DNA of 64,000 nucleotides from Adineta vaga (Eukaryota; Animalia; Rotifera): NCBI GenBank assembly GCA_021613535.1, contig CP075494.1, positions 4,774,001 to 4,838,000 of the forward strand, read 5' to 3'. Shown piece by piece: positions 61,798 to 64,000 of this stretch (position 1 is its first letter; each line of letters starts with the position of its first letter). The notes under the pieces were generated by a model. It saw only the letters and a program-made list of their open reading frames with translations, ran no database searches and was not told where the DNA came from. The position numbers and the translations under genes were made by a program.

Positions 61798-63996
61798 CTA
61801 CAAGAAAAAATAAAAAGTAAGAAGAAAAATAAAACTGAGTAAACGAATAGAGGTTTGTTTAGAATAAGAAGCTGAATTCAAAGTTGTATTACATGATACA
61901 CAAATATCTCCATATTTTTGTAACCATTTAATTTCTTCGCGTACTTTAATTTTTTCATGCCATGGGTTATTTCCAAGAATATGAGATTCGCCTGGTAAAA
62001 TAATCATTTTCGTTGGAATATTAAGACTATTCAATGCTCGTTCTAATATAAAATTTTCCGATGCAGCGACACGAATATCATTCGAAGGCACGATAATAAG
62101 TGTCGGTGTGCGAACTTTATTCATACGAAATATTGCAGCTTCTCCTTGATACAAATGAGGCACTTGCCATGGAAAACCACCGAACATATAAACACTAGTC
62201 AAAGGTATATCAGTTAATCCCCAATCGGCAACATGTTCAGATGCACCAGCACCGGAAAGTGCAGCATTAAATCGAGTTGTTTCTGTAATGATCCAATTTG
62301 TTAAATAAGCACCGTAACTATAACCACCGATGGTCAACCGTTTCGAATCGACAATTTCATCTTGAATTAAAGCATCTACACCATAAAGAATATCTTTTGC
62401 TGGTTTTGAAACAATCTGAAATCGTACGCCTTGTAAGAATCCATCACCATATCCTAAATATCACGAGAGAATTATCGAATACGAAATGTATAAAACAATA
62501 TCTGACTGACCTGTTGAACCACGATAGTTTGGTTGAAAAACAAGCCATCCTTCTGTAGCCATAATTGGTGCTAAGTAATACCAATCAGGACGAAAACTAT
62601 TTACATCTGCATCATTTGGACCACCATGAATAAGTACAAATAAGGGTAAATTTTTCTCTTCAAATTTATCGGGTGGATATACAAGAATTCCTTCGATTTC
62701 GGTTTGATCATCTTTATTTGTCCATCGATAAGCTTTACCCTTTGGAAGATTTCGTTCAGTAAATAATTTATTTTCATAAGTCAATTGTTGTGCTGTATTT
62801 AGCTGATCAATCTGATCGATAAAATAGACTTCTTGAGGTTTTTCAAAAGATGAATGAATAAAAGCAACCGTTGAACTTTTCCCACTCGAAGACGTAACAA
62901 TGTTTTCATAAGTTCCATTCCAACCATTCAGTCGATTTAATTCGGTATTCGCTAATCGTTGTGTATAAATTTGAACTTCTGTGCTCAGTTGACCTGAGAA
63001 AGCAACACCTTCCTGTCCACCTTGTAATAGAATGTAATTTGTAATTGCTCCGTTAAATTGATGAGCCCAACGTTCAATTTGACGCGTATTTGGATTGATC
63101 TTATATAATCGTCCTTGTGTATCTTCATACTTACCTTCAATAGATCCTGCTGCACTCACCATAAAAAATATCGATCCATCGTTTGCCCATTTTAAATTTC
63201 GTTCCACTGCTGAATTATTCGTCAATCTTACTGGTATCAGTGGTAATGGTTTTGTCAAATCGAGAGAATAAAGTTCGTAATCTGATATAAATTCCATATT
63301 TGATGATGCCGGTGCAGTTGAATATACTAACTGTTTTCCATCAGGTGAACAAATTATTTCATTGATACTGTATGTGATATTGATCAACGATTCTATTTTG
63401 ACTATTGTCATATTTTCAATATCAACTCGAAAAATTGTATCACCTCGATCTTGTTCACGATGTTCTATCACATCTTTCCATTCATTTTCATATTCGAATT
63501 GAACATCTTTCGACCGGGATGTTCAAGTTGCAAAATAAATACTCATTGATGTTGTTGACCATGTAAACGTATGAAGAATTTCTGTACCAATAGAAAGAGG
63601 TATCATTTGATTTGTACGAATTGAATAAAGATGAATATATTGTTCAATATCCGAAAATTTCATTTTTCGACTTCGTTCTGTAGAATTATCAACGAGTATC
63701 AAAGCAATAAAATCACCTTTCCATTGTGGTGGAAAACTACTTGCTTGTTTAGTTATTAATATTCGAGTATTATTTCTTAAAGTCTGTAAATAAAGATGTT
63801 TTTCATTGATATTTTGATCCCATACACGATGTATTGTTTGAATAAGAATCGATTGTTCATCATTCGGTGAAAGAGTTAAAGATGAAAAATATGTATAATT
63901 AAAAAATTCATCGAATGTTACTTTTGATAGAGATAAGACACTCTCATTATTCAGCCAAATACATAATAAAAGAATGAGATAAACTTTAGTAGCCAT
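61798..63996 (-). CDS. S9 family (acylaminoacyl/dipeptidyl) peptidase with signal peptide and hydrophobic C-tail; intron 62510-62454; one in-frame TGA at 63523-63525
   Basis: IHGGP, PNYRGSTG|YG, catalytic GYSYG, DIRV, GESH. 2142 nt in frame apart from TGA at codon 158. Confidence 0.85.
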
Positions 63997-64000
63997 AGAT

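Noticed and set aside
18890-63525. Alternative genetic code or selenocysteine explaining the in-frame TGAs
   Set aside because: TGA is the true stop of several genes here (30400, 55264, 59636), TGG encodes Trp throughout, TAG lesions also occur, and the positions are not redox-active sites.
1-64000. Prokaryotic origin or contamination
   Set aside because: Bacterial-like genes are interleaved with intron-rich metazoan genes (GPCR, astacin, intermediate filament) at uniform composition.
1-64000. CRISPR arrays, tRNA, rRNA, telomeric repeats
   Set aside because: No repeat-spacer array, cloverleaf or rRNA-like segment seen by eye; tRNAscan-SE and Infernal would be needed to exclude small RNAs.

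Overview
Gene-dense, strongly AT-rich eukaryotic DNA with very short spliceosomal introns (mostly 50-70 bp). The gene content (NHL-repeat proteins, ART-TPR proteins, an LDLa/EGF GPCR, intronless bacterial-type enzymes, a protostome-type cytoplasmic intermediate filament) strongly suggests a bdelloid rotifer; this is inferred, not proven. I rebuilt about 27 gene or pseudogene models by reading splice sites by hand. Highlights: (1) a 2-kb palindrome (29797-31835), missed by the ORF track, carrying two identical convergent copies of an intron-split 59-aa diapausin-like antifungal peptide gene; (2) three apparent ORFs at 4962-9127 that splice in frame into one 1328-aa protein of three 2-TM Cys-rich repeats, a candidate single-chain trimeric DEG/ENaC- or P2X-like channel; (3) a compact NmrA / nucleoredoxin-ZZ / ART-TPR / ZZ-A-T-R reductase / 3x MFS block resembling a fungal biosynthetic cluster; (4) three ADP-ribosyltransferases fused to three different repeat domains, a dynamin-like GTPase, a HipA/PI4K-like kinase relic and a U-box-Rab fusion; (5) five in-frame stop codons, a deletion chimera, a 150-bp hAT-type MITE with an 8-bp TSD, an 8-nt microexon and a GC-AG intron. 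No rRNA, tRNA or CRISPR was seen. All family assignments come from motif recognition, not database searches.
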